Positions 9,273-18,455 of a stretch of 64,000 nt of DNA are shown here, piece by piece; within the stretch, counting starts at the first letter, position 1, and each line of letters starts with the position of its first letter. A program made the position numbers and the translations under genes. Source of the DNA: an uncultured Chlamydiae bacterium (GTDB lineage Bacteria; Chlamydiota; Chlamydiia; Chlamydiales; JAJFMB01); assembly GCA_963697995.1 (NCBI GenBank), contig OY969110.1, positions 1,511,404 through 1,575,403 of the forward strand, read 5' to 3'. The notes under the pieces are model-generated. The model was not told the DNA's origin. It saw only the letters and a program-made list of their open reading frames with translations, and did not search any database.

Positions 9273-10337
9273 TTAGAAGGCGAAATTGGCTCCGAAGAAC
9301 AGGCCATTGAAACCTAAGTTTCTTCCTGTTCTTGTCGTTGACACAAGAGGTCTATCGGAGAAAATCTCTCCAATAAAATGTCTTGTGTTTGGGACATTTA
9401 ACCACTCGACAAACTCATAACCTATGTGTAAATCAACGGCACATCGGTAAATAGAGACTAAATATCTGGTCCCTATTTGGAGTTGGAAGCCAGGCATCAT
9501 GTGAGTGCATCCATTCTCGCAAATCTCAATTTTTGGTTTTTCGTAGCAGGCCTCAAACGATTGATCATCTTCCGTTACACCTCTTTGAAACCAATGCTTG
9601 ATAGTAGGTTCGCCAGAAACCATTGAGAGTGAGCCTCTTCCAAAGATTTTAAGGCAAGAAATCAGATTGTATTCGTAATCTGTTCCAACTTTAATTCCCA
9701 CTCCCCAAACATCTCCTTTAAAATGACCATCGACTTGACTTGCCTGGTAGTAATCAAAAGGATTTGAAAGGACGGTGTTCATTTGCTGTCTTAGATAAAT
9801 TCCTTCAACACCAAAGAATGGCATCGCGTTAAAGCAGGGGTTGCTGCAAATCGGGAAGGTGAATAAAAGGTCTGCGGCCTGATAAGTTGAACTCCAGTTG
9901 GATCCCACGATTTCAAAACGTCTATTTGTGGGAATCAGGGAAGTCACGGCAGATCCGCTAAAGCTGCCTTCATCTGAGTGGCGAATAAAGACGTATGAGC
10001 CTCTCAAATTAGCATTGCTTAAGAAGTTGCGGATCGAAAATTGCGCTCTGACTCCCGGTTTCCACTTAGGACAGAGGGTGTTGATCATGTATACACCCGT
10101 TGTAGCTTCTCTTGTTTTTCCCTTTTCAGTCGGACATTCGCAAGGGACTGATCTTGAGCTAAATCCAAAATCTAAATTATCAGCTGATTGTTTCCACCAA
10201 AGAAAATCTGCTCCTGCTTCAAAGCAGCACCCACAGTAGGCGGCATCGAAGGGGTTGTTTTCAAAGTAAGCTTTTGCCGGATTTGGAAAAGCTAAAATTG
10301 TTACTGCAAACATTGCAGCTCGTATCCATAGTCTCAT
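9273..10337 (-). CDS. MOMP-like cysteine-rich outer-membrane beta-barrel porin
   Basis: Signal peptide ending AKA and a Cys cluster CGCCFEAGADFLWWK, similar to the FLYWK motif of chlamydial/Legionella MOMP-family proteins. The sequence has an alternating beta pattern and the C-terminus is GANFAF. Confidence 0.7.
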   Translation of the reverse strand: MRLWIRAAMFAVTILAFPNPAKAYFENNPFDAAYCGCCFEAGADFLWWKQSADNLDFGFSSRSVPCECPTEKGKTREATTGVYMINTLCPKWKPGVRAQFSIRNFLSNANLRGSYVFIRHSDEGSFSGSAVTSLIPTNRRFEIVGSNWSSTYQAADLLFTFPICSNPCFNAMPFFGVEGIYLRQQMNTVLSNPFDYYQASQVDGHFKGDVWGVGIKVGTDYEYNLISCLKIFGRGSLSMVSGEPTIKHWFQRGVTEDDQSFEACYEKPKIEICENGCTHMMPGFQLQIGTRYLVSIYRCAVDLHIGYEFVEWLNVPNTRHFIGEIFSDRPLVSTTRTGRNLGFNGLFFGANFAF

Positions 10338-10469
10338 AAATTTAAACCTCCTCTACAGGGTACGTGAAATCTTATAGCGAAGTGGCGAATTTTATTGGTA
10401 GTAAAATCCTTAAGTTTTAAGATCTTTCCTTCGTACATGTTTTGAAAAATTTGGTTTTAAGGTTTTTAG

Positions 10470-12638
10470 ATGGATACCATTAAGGGGTGTTTGGAGAGGA
10501 TCACTTACCACAACCCAGAGACAGGCTTTACAGTGGCTAAAATGGTGCTTCCTCAAAAAAAAGAGGAAGTGTGTGTGGTTGGCACCATGATGGGTGTTCA
10601 GCCAGGGGAAACTTTGTGCTGTGAAGGGCACTGGAAAAGACATCTTTTACACGGCTGGCAGTTTGAAGTGGTCACTTGCCAAATCGCAACTCCAACAGAT
10701 ATTTTTGGGATTGAAAAGTATTTAGGTTCAGGTCTTGTCAAAGGGATTGGTCGCCATTTTGCCTCAAAAATTGTGGCCACTTTTAAAGAAGAGACTCTCG
10801 ATGTGATCGATAAAACGCCCGAGCGATTAAGGGAAGTTGCTGGAATTGGTTTGAAGCGATTAAATACATTGATCGCCAGTTTCAAATCTCAGAAAGACGT
10901 TAGAAATGTGATGGTTTTCCTTCAGGGAAACGGCGTCTCTCCAAGTTTTGCTGCAAAAATTTATAAGCATTATGGACAAAAAAGTATCGAGATTGTCAGG
11001 CAAGATCCTTACTGCTTAGCTCGTGATATTCATGGAATTGGGTTTAAGTCAGCAGATAAAATTGCTGAAAAATTAGGAATTTCAAAGGAAGATCCTCAAA
11101 GAATTGATGCGGGAGTTGAGTTTGTTTTATTTGAGCTTTCAAACGAAGGGCACGTGTGTTTTCCTCTTGAGCTTTTTATAAAACAGGCTGAAGAGATTTT
11201 AGAGGTAAAAGCCTCTTCTATTTATCCCCGTCTACCCGTTTTAATCGAGATGCGTCGCATCATTATTGAGCCTTTAGTCGACAAGGGTGTTAACACCGAT
11301 TTTATTTGGGTCAAACGCCTCTACTATTCTGAGAGAGGAATCGCTAATGAATTAAAAAGGCTTCAATTTGGGGTCAGTTCCTTAAGGAGTATCGATAAGG
11401 GTAAAGCCATTGATTGGGTTCAAGCCCATTTAGGGATTGAGCTTGCTAAAAATCAGCAAAAAGCGGTTTCTGAGGCCCTTACTGAGAAAGTTATGGTCAT
11501 TACAGGGGGACCGGGAACGGGAAAAAGTACCATCACAAAAGCAATTCTTCAAATCACTAAAAAACTCACCCCCAAAATATTACTCACAGCTCCAACGGGA
11601 AGAGCTGCTAAAAGGATGAGTGAGATCACAGGTTTTGGTGCAAAAACGATCCATAGCCTTCTAGAGTTTGATTTTCAAAAGGGGGGCTTTAAAAGAAATC
11701 AAGAATCCCCCCTTGAGGCAGACCTTATCATAGTCGATGAGGCCAGCATGATCGATACTGTTTTGATGTTTAGCCTCTTGAGAGCGATCCCAAGTTCTTG
11801 CCGCTTAATCATTATAGGAGATGTCAATCAGCTTCCAAGTGTCGGTCCTGGAAATGTTTTAAAAGATATCATCACCTCCCATTCAGTTCCCCTTGTTGAA
11901 TTGACAGAGATTTTTAGACAAGCTAAGGGATCTAAAATCATTGTGAATGCTCACCGCGTCAATCAGGGGATCATGCCCGATTTAAAGGCTGAAAAGGGAT
12001 CTGATTTTTTCTTTATCGAAACAGAGGAGAAAGAGGATGTTCTTAAGGAAATCGTGAATCTTGTTTCGACAAGGCTTCCCAAGACATACCCTTTTAATCC
12101 GGTCGATCAGATTCAAGTCTTAAGCCCCATGCGAAAGGGGGTTTTGGGGACGGAAAATTTAAATACGGCTCTTCAGAAGGAGCTTAATCCTAACTCTTCC
12201 CCACAATTCATTGGCGGTAGTTTTTTTGCAAGCGGTGATAAAGTGATGCAAATTCAAAACAACTACGAGAAAGGGGTTTTTAATGGCGATATTGGGCGGA
12301 TTGTAGAGATTGATCAGAAGGATGGGATTGCAAGAGTGGATTTTGATGGTCTGATTGTGGAGTACTCGTTTTCAGATTTGGATGAATTGGTTTTGGCCTA
12401 TGCGGTTTCAATTCACAAATATCAAGGGTCTGAGGCTGATTGTGTAGTGATTCCTATCCACACGACCCATTTTATGATGCTTAAAAGAAATTTGATTTAT
12501 ACCGGGGTTACAAGGGGGAAAAAACTTGTCGTTCTTGTGGGGACTAAAAGAGCTTTGGCTATTGGAGTCAGCAATGACGATGTGAAAAATCGGTACACAG
12601 GGCTTGTCCAAGCCTTGATCAATAAGGTGTTGGTATGA
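10470..12638 (+). CDS. recD2: RecD2-type SF1B ATP-dependent DNA helicase
   Basis: The N-terminus GCLERITYHNPETGFTVAKM is typical of RecD2. Also present: HhH region, Walker A GGPGTGKST, DEASM, and C-terminal SIHKYQGSE..YTGVTRGKK. Confidence 0.85.
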   Translation: MDTIKGCLERITYHNPETGFTVAKMVLPQKKEEVCVVGTMMGVQPGETLCCEGHWKRHLLHGWQFEVVTCQIATPTDIFGIEKYLGSGLVKGIGRHFASKIVATFKEETLDVIDKTPERLREVAGIGLKRLNTLIASFKSQKDVRNVMVFLQGNGVSPSFAAKIYKHYGQKSIEIVRQDPYCLARDIHGIGFKSADKIAEKLGISKEDPQRIDAGVEFVLFELSNEGHVCFPLELFIKQAEEILEVKASSIYPRLPVLIEMRRIIIEPLVDKGVNTDFIWVKRLYYSERGIANELKRLQFGVSSLRSIDKGKAIDWVQAHLGIELAKNQQKAVSEALTEKVMVITGGPGTGKSTITKAILQITKKLTPKILLTAPTGRAAKRMSEITGFGAKTIHSLLEFDFQKGGFKRNQESPLEADLIIVDEASMIDTVLMFSLLRAIPSSCRLIIIGDVNQLPSVGPGNVLKDIITSHSVPLVELTEIFRQAKGSKIIVNAHRVNQGIMPDLKAEKGSDFFFIETEEKEDVLKEIVNLVSTRLPKTYPFNPVDQIQVLSPMRKGVLGTENLNTALQKELNPNSSPQFIGGSFFASGDKVMQIQNNYEKGVFNGDIGRIVEIDQKDGIARVDFDGLIVEYSFSDLDELVLAYAVSIHKYQGSEADCVVIPIHTTHFMMLKRNLIYTGVTRGKKLVVLVGTKRALAIGVSNDDVKNRYTGLVQALINKVLV

Positions 12639-13642
12639 AGGCGCGTCAGCTGTTTCTTTCGTTTGTGTTTTTGTTCGTTTTTTTACTTGTGCTCGAGCAA
12701 GTCTCGGCAAGAAAAGCGCCCGTTGTGGGAGAGCCGGCCGAGTTTTACTCAAATGAATTGAGAGATGATTTAAGAGCCTATTATTTAGCGGCCATTCAAA
12801 GAGCTGAATCCTCAATTCTTGTCGCCACTTACACCATGACCGATTACAAATTGATCGATGCGTTAAAGCATAAAAGCGAAAAAGGGGTTTCAGTAAAAGT
12901 GATTTGCGATCCTGAGGCGTGCTCAAAAGAGAATGTTGAGCGGTTAGGAGGGAAAGTTGTCACCTTGCCCTCTGTCGAAAAGGGGTTACTTCACAGAAAA
13001 ATTTTAGTGATCGATAACAAAGAAGTGTGGCTTGGTTCCGCTAATTTGACAAGAGATTCTTTAAGGGTGCATGGCAATTTAGTGGCAGCAATAAACAACG
13101 AGGAGTTAGCTGAAGAGATTAGACTTCGGTTGGAGGAGAAAAGGGCAAAAAAGCAGCATTTTTTGGTGGGGGGACAAGATATTGAGCTTTGGTTTACCCC
13201 GTATGATCGGGAGGCTACAGAGCGTTTAAAAGAGCTTATTCGGTCGGCTAAAAAGACATTACGGGTTGCTATGTTTACCTTTACGAGAAAAGACTTAGCC
13301 TGGGAGCTGATCGAGGCTTATAAAAGAGGTGTTGATGTCGAGGTCGTCGTTGACGGAAACTCTGGAAAAGGGGCAAGCAAAAATATTGTCAATCTGCTAG
13401 AGCGAGAGGATGTTCCTGTTTTTTTAAGTCGAGGATCGGAACTTCTTCATTACAAATTTATGGAGATCGATGGTAAGATTCTCGTCAATGGTTCTGCTAA
13501 TTGGACTTTAGCTGCCTTTACAAAAAATGCCGATTGTTTTTTAGTAATTCACGACTTGAATGAAAAACAAAGAGACACCCTCAACCATTTGTGGCAAGTG
13601 ATTGTAGTGGAATCGGAACAAGTGAAAAAGAAGGTGAGATGA
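12635..13642 (+). CDS. Phospholipase D superfamily protein with two HKD motifs and an N-terminal signal/anchor
   Basis: HRKILVIDNKEVWLGSANLT and HYKFMEIDGKILVNGSANWT. N-terminal hydrophobic LFLSFVFLFVFLLVLEQVSA. The start overlaps the recD2 stop (ATGA). Confidence 0.8.
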   Translation: MKARQLFLSFVFLFVFLLVLEQVSARKAPVVGEPAEFYSNELRDDLRAYYLAAIQRAESSILVATYTMTDYKLIDALKHKSEKGVSVKVICDPEACSKENVERLGGKVVTLPSVEKGLLHRKILVIDNKEVWLGSANLTRDSLRVHGNLVAAINNEELAEEIRLRLEEKRAKKQHFLVGGQDIELWFTPYDREATERLKELIRSAKKTLRVAMFTFTRKDLAWELIEAYKRGVDVEVVVDGNSGKGASKNIVNLLEREDVPVFLSRGSELLHYKFMEIDGKILVNGSANWTLAAFTKNADCFLVIHDLNEKQRDTLNHLWQVIVVESEQVKKKVR

Positions 13643-14343
13643 AGCTGTTTATAATGGGATTTGGAAAGCTTGGACGAGAGGTGCATAAAGTTGCTCTCGA
13701 AAGAGGGCATGAGATCGTCGGAGTGGGAACCTCTAAAGACCCTTGTTTTAAGGCTCTGACTCAAGCTGATGTGTGCATCGATTGCACAAGTAGGGAAGCT
13801 TTTGAAAAAAATTTACCCGAACTTATCGCCTCAAAGAAGCCCCTGGTGATAGCTACAACCGGTATCGAGTCGTTTTTGCCAACTTTGAGGGAAAGGGAAG
13901 TAGGTTGTCTTTACTGCCCTAACTTTTCGATTGGATTTGCTTGTTTCTCCTATATTGTTCGCGCAGCCGCTTTGATGGGCGATCTGTTTGATGTGGCGGG
14001 CCTTGAGATTCATCACAGCGAAAAAAAAGATGCTCCGAGTGGATCGGCAAAAAAATTGCAGGCCCTTTTTGGAAAAGAGATTCCGTTTTCTTCTGTGCGA
14101 GTTGGCAACTCCTTTGGCACTCACACCCTGTTTTTTGAAGGGAAAGACGATGTGCTCACACTAACGCATCAAGCCAAAGGGCGAGAGGGGTTTGCAAAAG
14201 GGGCCGTTTTAGGAGCTGAGTGGATTTTAAAACGAGATGGTTTTTTTACAATGGAGGATTTTTTTCATGACGCAATCGGTACCTCTTTCGGGGGTTTTCA
14301 CAGCTTTGGTGACTCCATTTTGTCAAAAGAATCAATCTATTGA
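13639..14343 (+). CDS. dapB: 4-hydroxy-tetrahydrodipicolinate reductase
   Basis: MKLFIMGFGKLGREV Rossmann start, EIHHSEKKDAPSGSA and GREGFAKGAV motifs. The ATG overlaps the PLD stop. The 3' end overlaps dapA by ~77 nt. Confidence 0.8.
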   Translation: MKLFIMGFGKLGREVHKVALERGHEIVGVGTSKDPCFKALTQADVCIDCTSREAFEKNLPELIASKKPLVIATTGIESFLPTLREREVGCLYCPNFSIGFACFSYIVRAAALMGDLFDVAGLEIHHSEKKDAPSGSAKKLQALFGKEIPFSSVRVGNSFGTHTLFFEGKDDVLTLTHQAKGREGFAKGAVLGAEWILKRDGFFTMEDFFHDAIGTSFGGFHSFGDSILSKESIY

Positions 14344-15136
14344 TTGGGCAAGTTTTGAACATCTGCTGCTTAGGCAAGAGGGAGTGTCAGGAGTTGTTCT
14401 TCTTGGAACGACAGGAGAGGCCCCTACCCTGGAGGAGGAGGAGAAACGAGAGCTGATACGGCGAGGCAGAGCCCTTGTTCAAATTCCCCTTATAGTGGGA
14501 ACGACCTCGTTTGCAACAAAAGAGGTCATCGATCGAAATCAAGTCGCTTTTGATTTAGGAGCTGATGCCGTTATGGTGGCCTCCCCCTATTATAATAAAC
14601 CTTCTCAAGAGGGGCTTTATCGCCATTTTATGACCATTGCGGACAAATCGCCTCTTCCTGTGATTCTCTACAATCATCCTGGAAGGACTGGGGTGACTAT
14701 AGAGAAAAAAACTTTGAGTCGTTTAAGTCGTCACGAAAACATTATAGCCCTAAAGGAAGCTTCAGGACGTATTAGCGGTTTTGTCGATGCCCTTGAAGCC
14801 GCTGCCGATTTACCTTGTTTTTCAGGAGATGATTCGTTGATAGAACCTGCGATTGCTTTAGGTGCAAAAGGGGTGATTTCAGTGCTGAGCAATTTAATCC
14901 CTAAGAGAATCGTGGAAATTGTCGATTTACTTCTTAAACAAACAAGTGTTGATTTATCAGACTTAAATCCCTTTCTCGATGTTTTGAGATTAGATACAAA
15001 TCCGGTACCGATCAAAGCGCTTTTGTCAACAATGGGTCTTTGTTCTAAAACGGTGAGATTGCCTCTTTGTGAAATGGATGTCGAGGTGAATCTCAAAGCT
15101 ATTTGTGAAAAGAGCCCCTTGTTAGTGTCGATTTAG
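14267..15136 (+). CDS. dapA: 4-hydroxy-tetrahydrodipicolinate synthase
   Basis: GVFTALVTPF, LLGTTGEAPTL, SPYYNKPSQEGLYRHF, ALKEASG (catalytic Lys context). Confidence 0.85.
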   Translation: MTQSVPLSGVFTALVTPFCQKNQSIDWASFEHLLLRQEGVSGVVLLGTTGEAPTLEEEEKRELIRRGRALVQIPLIVGTTSFATKEVIDRNQVAFDLGADAVMVASPYYNKPSQEGLYRHFMTIADKSPLPVILYNHPGRTGVTIEKKTLSRLSRHENIIALKEASGRISGFVDALEAAADLPCFSGDDSLIEPAIALGAKGVISVLSNLIPKRIVEIVDLLLKQTSVDLSDLNPFLDVLRLDTNPVPIKALLSTMGLCSKTVRLPLCEMDVEVNLKAICEKSPLLVSI

Positions 15137-15144
15137 GAGTATAT

Positions 15145-16320
15145 GTGAAGAGAAATCCTTGTTTTGCCAAGTTGGTAACAAATTATCTATTTCAAGAGAT
15201 AGCAAAGCGAAAAAAAAAGTTTATCGAAGCTCATCCTGAAGCTCGCGTGATTTCATTGGGGGTTGGGGATACGACTCTTCCTCTTGTGTCTGAAGTTACT
15301 GAAGAGATGAGTAAAAAGGCTAAAGCTCTTGGGACAACTGTTGGGTATACAGGTTATCCCGATCTACAGGGCAGCTTGCCTTTGAGAGAGGCGATTGTTA
15401 AAAGATTCTACAAGGGACTTATCGGGGTAGATGAGGTGTTTTTGCAAGATGGGGCAAAGCCTGAGATAGGAAGATTACAACTTTTTTTTGGTAAAGACAC
15501 AACCCTTGCTCTACAAGACCCCACTTATCCAGCTTACCGCGACACAGCAATCGCTGTAGGATATGAAAATTTGACCTATATGGATTGTTTGGAGGAGACT
15601 CATTTTTTTGGCCAGCTTAAAGGGGCAGCCGATTTGATTTATTTTTGTTCTCCAAATAATCCAACGGGTGTTGTGGCGACTAAACCTCAGCTTGAAGAGT
15701 TGATTTCAGAGGCGAAAAAAAGGGGGGCTTTTATAGTTTTTGACAGCGCTTATGCCAGTTTTATTCAGGACAAGACACTGCCAAAATCGATTTTTGAGGT
15801 GGAAGGGGGCTTGAAGGCTGCAATAGAGGTGGGCTCTTTTTCAAAGCTTGCCGGTTTTACTGGGGTCCGCCTGGGATGGACCGTGGTCCCTAAACATTTA
15901 CAGTTTGAAGATGGAACCTATGTGATAGACGATTTTAAGAGGCTTCACGCCACTTTTTTTAATGGGCCTTCAAATGTAGCAGAAGCTGGAGCCTTGGGCG
16001 CTTTAAGCGATAAGGGTTTTAAGGGGGTCATCGAAGGGGTTAACTATTATATGGAGAATGCTAAACTTATAAAAGAGTGTTTAACGGGGCTGAACTTAAA
16101 GTGTTTCGGGGGTGAAAATGCTCCTTATGTTTGGGTAAAAGTCAATAAACCCTCTTGGGAGGCGTTTGATCTCTTTTTGGAAAAATACCAGATCGTGACG
16201 ACGCCAGGAGTTGGTTTTGGGCCTTGTGGGGAAGGGTTTTTGCGCTTTAGCGCTTTTGGAAAAAGAGAAGATGTAATAGAGGCAATTAAAAGAATGGAAA
16301 ATACTGCTGCACTTTTTTAA
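15145..16320 (+). CDS. dapL: LL-diaminopimelate aminotransferase (DapL type)
   Basis: N-terminal NPCFAKLVTNYLFQEIAKRKKKF..ISLGVGDTTLPL matches the DapL signature as I recall it. SFSKLAGFTGVRLGW is the PLP-Lys region. GTG start sits 5 nt after an AGGAG SD. It lies next to dapB-dapA. Confidence 0.8.
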   Translation: MKRNPCFAKLVTNYLFQEIAKRKKKFIEAHPEARVISLGVGDTTLPLVSEVTEEMSKKAKALGTTVGYTGYPDLQGSLPLREAIVKRFYKGLIGVDEVFLQDGAKPEIGRLQLFFGKDTTLALQDPTYPAYRDTAIAVGYENLTYMDCLEETHFFGQLKGAADLIYFCSPNNPTGVVATKPQLEELISEAKKRGAFIVFDSAYASFIQDKTLPKSIFEVEGGLKAAIEVGSFSKLAGFTGVRLGWTVVPKHLQFEDGTYVIDDFKRLHATFFNGPSNVAEAGALGALSDKGFKGVIEGVNYYMENAKLIKECLTGLNLKCFGGENAPYVWVKVNKPSWEAFDLFLEKYQIVTTPGVGFGPCGEGFLRFSAFGKREDVIEAIKRMENTAALF

Positions 16321-16338
16321 AGAGACAGCAGTATTTTT
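16300..16338. terminator. Hairpin between convergent dapL and the Gly-rich gene (bidirectional terminator candidate)
   Basis: AATACTGCTG (16300-16309) pairs with CAGCAGTATT (16326-16335) and is followed by a T run. The loop is rather large (16 nt). Confidence 0.35.
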
Positions 16339-16346
16339 AGATGAAT

Positions 16347-16679
16347 CTATCTTTTTAAAAGAGCATCTCTGATGACGCCAACAACTCCTGTTAAGCCACC
16401 ACCAGTTAAGGCACTAACGCCCACGTTTAACAAAAGAGATGTCAAGTCAAAATGACTCTCTCCTGTAGCGCCAGTAGCAGCAGCTGCAGCTGTTGCGCTA
16501 GCTCCGCTTGAAGCTAAAAGTCCTAAAGCCTTAAGAGCGAAATCTCCAAGACCACCACCGATAAGACCTGAAACTGTGTTTCCTGCCGTTCCAAGGCTTT
16601 TGTCTCCCAAAGCCTTACCTGCAACGTTTCCCCCAACAGCTCCACTCAATAAAGATAGAACAAGATTCAACATATCCAT
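16347..16679 (-). CDS. Glycine-zipper small membrane protein
   Basis: GAVGGNVAGKALG..GLIGGGLGDFALKALG repeats. AGGAG SD 8 nt upstream of the internal ATG (MDMLNLV), so I use the shorter start. Confidence 0.5.
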   Translation of the reverse strand: MDMLNLVLSLLSGAVGGNVAGKALGDKSLGTAGNTVSGLIGGGLGDFALKALGLLASSGASATAAAAATGATGESHFDLTSLLLNVGVSALTGGGLTGVVGVIRDALLKR

Positions 16680-16832
16680 TTTTTTTCTCCTTGGTTGCCA
16701 AAGCTTTTTTTTATCCAAAAATGATTATTTTCGTCAACTTGTTTTTAAAAAAAAATAAAAGGTTCCTCTTTCTTTTCTTTTTTTTCCAAAGATGGTATAC
16801 GGGCCCGGTTAAAAAAAGGGAGGTTTGTAAAA

Positions 16833-17243
16833 GTGTCTCAGTCAGTTTTTTTAAATTGTGTGGCCGATGGGTTGTTGCTCGATGTTTTTGGGATGGCATG
16901 TCTTGCAGGGGGAGCTGCCCAAGGAGCTCCTCTTCTTGTCATGGGGGTGACCTTAAGTGTCGTTCAACTTGCAAAAATTAAGTTAAACCAGTACACTTCA
17001 CAAGGATGTCTTAAGCTTCAGAAGTGTTTGAGCGGCGAAAGGGTGAAAAAATTTAGGGTTTTAGCGGCCTGTTTTTCTTTACTTGTTTGTGAAATTTCGA
17101 TCCCAGTCAGTGTTATTGTCGCTTTTGTCGTGGCAATTTTGACTGCCGTCACTCTTCCTGTTGTTCTCGCTCAAAGACAGAAAAAAGTTAAGAAGGTTTT
17201 TGTAAGTAAGGGTTTTACTCCTCCCCCTGCGGGTTTTTTTTAA
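16833..17243 (+). CDS. Hypothetical membrane protein
   Basis: GTG start 10 nt downstream of an AGGGAGG SD. Two long hydrophobic segments (LLLDVFGMACLAGGAAQGAPLLVMGVTL; VLAACFSLLVCEISIPVSVIVAFVVAILTAVTLPVVLA). Confidence 0.5.
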   Translation: MSQSVFLNCVADGLLLDVFGMACLAGGAAQGAPLLVMGVTLSVVQLAKIKLNQYTSQGCLKLQKCLSGERVKKFRVLAACFSLLVCEISIPVSVIVAFVVAILTAVTLPVVLAQRQKKVKKVFVSKGFTPPPAGFF

Positions 17244-17254
17244 GGAATTGAAGA

Positions 17255-17845
17255 ATGTCTGAATCGGTTTTTGTCATAGCTAACATTTTCTTTTTCGTCA
17301 CAAACCCGATAGGGAATGCACCTGCGATTTTGGCTATGTTGAAAGATTTTGACGTCAAAACGCAGATGAAAATTCTTTTTAGAGAAGTGCTTGCAGCTTT
17401 CTTAATCGCCGTTTTTTTTCAGTTTTTTGGGGAAGTGTTTTTTGGAAATCTCTTGCAAGTAAAACCGTATGCCACTTCTATTACTGGAGGAGTGTTGCTT
17501 TTTTTGGTCGCCTTTGAGATGATTTTCCCAAAACATCAAGCTGAAACTGCAGCCCTTAAGAAGGAGCCGTTTATCGTTCCCATTGCAACCCCCCTTCTTT
17601 CAGGTCCTGGGCTTTTAACGATTATTATGCTTTATTCAACCCAAGAGCAAGATAATCTCAAAATCTTTATGGCGATCACTCTTGCCTGGATTGGGGTCAC
17701 CGCGGTGCTTTTTTTAACTCCTTTCCTCAAAAGGTTATTAGGGGACAGGGGGTTAGTCGCCCTTGAGCAACTCATGGGGATGTTGCTGTCGATGATGGCG
17801 ATGGAAATGATTATCAATGGAATAAAACTGTTTTTAAAAACTTGA
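17255..17845 (+). CDS. MarC family (UPF0056) integral membrane protein
   Basis: NPIGNAPAILAML near the N-terminus, FIVPIATPLLSGPG in mid-protein, ~196 aa, 6 TMS. Confidence 0.8.
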   Translation: MSESVFVIANIFFFVTNPIGNAPAILAMLKDFDVKTQMKILFREVLAAFLIAVFFQFFGEVFFGNLLQVKPYATSITGGVLLFLVAFEMIFPKHQAETAALKKEPFIVPIATPLLSGPGLLTIIMLYSTQEQDNLKIFMAITLAWIGVTAVLFLTPFLKRLLGDRGLVALEQLMGMLLSMMAMEMIINGIKLFLKT

Positions 17846-17855
17846 GAGGTCTTTA

Positions 17856-18455
17856 ATGTCACTTTTCCCAATCGCCCTTGTTTTATTTTTGATAATGGAT
17901 CCCTTTGGTAGCGTCGCAAGTTTTTATAAAATGGTGGGGCATCTGCCGAGGAAAAGGCAGTTTGCGATTCTCTTAAGAGAAATGGCAATTGTTTTGATTC
18001 TTGCCTACCTTTTCTTATTTTTAGGGGATGTGATCTTTCAGTTTTTAGGTATAAGCGAGACCACAGCGCGCCTCTCCTCAGGTGTCATTTTATTTCTTGT
18101 AGCCCTTGGAATCCTTTTTAGAGGAAGTAACTACATCAGGGGGAAAATTAAGGAAAGAGAGGAGCCTTTTATTATTCCTCTTGCGATCCCTTTGATCGCA
18201 GGTCCCGGTTTTTTGGCAACTGTTATGCTTTATTCAAACATCCAACCGGACACCGAGATTTTGCTTCTTGCAGTACTCATCGCCTGGATCAGTTCATTTT
18301 TAGTTTTAGCTCTGACGCCAGAGCTCATTGGCTTTCTTGGGGTGAATGGTCTTTTAGCTGTTGAAAAATTAATGGGAATGATCTTGATCTTTTTAGCTGT
18401 TCAGCGTTTTTTAGATGGAGTGAAACACTTCATGACCCACTATCTCAATGCATAA
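17856..18455 (+). CDS. MarC family (UPF0056) integral membrane protein, tandem paralog
   Basis: DPFGSVASF and FIIPLAIPLIAGPG motifs. Same length and topology as the preceding gene. Confidence 0.8.
   Translation: MSLFPIALVLFLIMDPFGSVASFYKMVGHLPRKRQFAILLREMAIVLILAYLFLFLGDVIFQFLGISETTARLSSGVILFLVALGILFRGSNYIRGKIKEREEPFIIPLAIPLIAGPGFLATVMLYSNIQPDTEILLLAVLIAWISSFLVLALTPELIGFLGVNGLLAVEKLMGMILIFLAVQRFLDGVKHFMTHYLNA

Noticed and set aside
12408-12926. 172-aa antisense ORF across the recD2/PLD junction. Similar antisense ORFs occur inside well-supported genes (e.g. 1558-1851, 1763-2155, 5440-5745, 9898-10239, 14731-15096, 25768-26034, 26457-26735, 40973-41254, 48433-48765, 60573-60812).
   Set aside because: Each overlaps a gene with strong motif support on the opposite strand. 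They show odd, low-complexity composition and lack start-site signals.
14267-14343. 77-nt overlap of dapB and dapA as a possible frameshift or fusion.
   Set aside because: Both proteins look complete in their own frames. The dapB tail beyond ..GFFTMEDFF is probably a non-conserved extension, or the true dapA start is correct with a genuine overlap. The sequence alone gives no evidence for a disruption.
16691-16981. ORFs 16691-16981 (plus) and 16711-16899 (minus) in the region between the Gly-zipper gene and the membrane-protein gene.
   Set aside because: They run through a poly-A/T promoter-like tract. The GTG-start ORF at 16833, with its AGGGAGG SD, explains the coding potential better.
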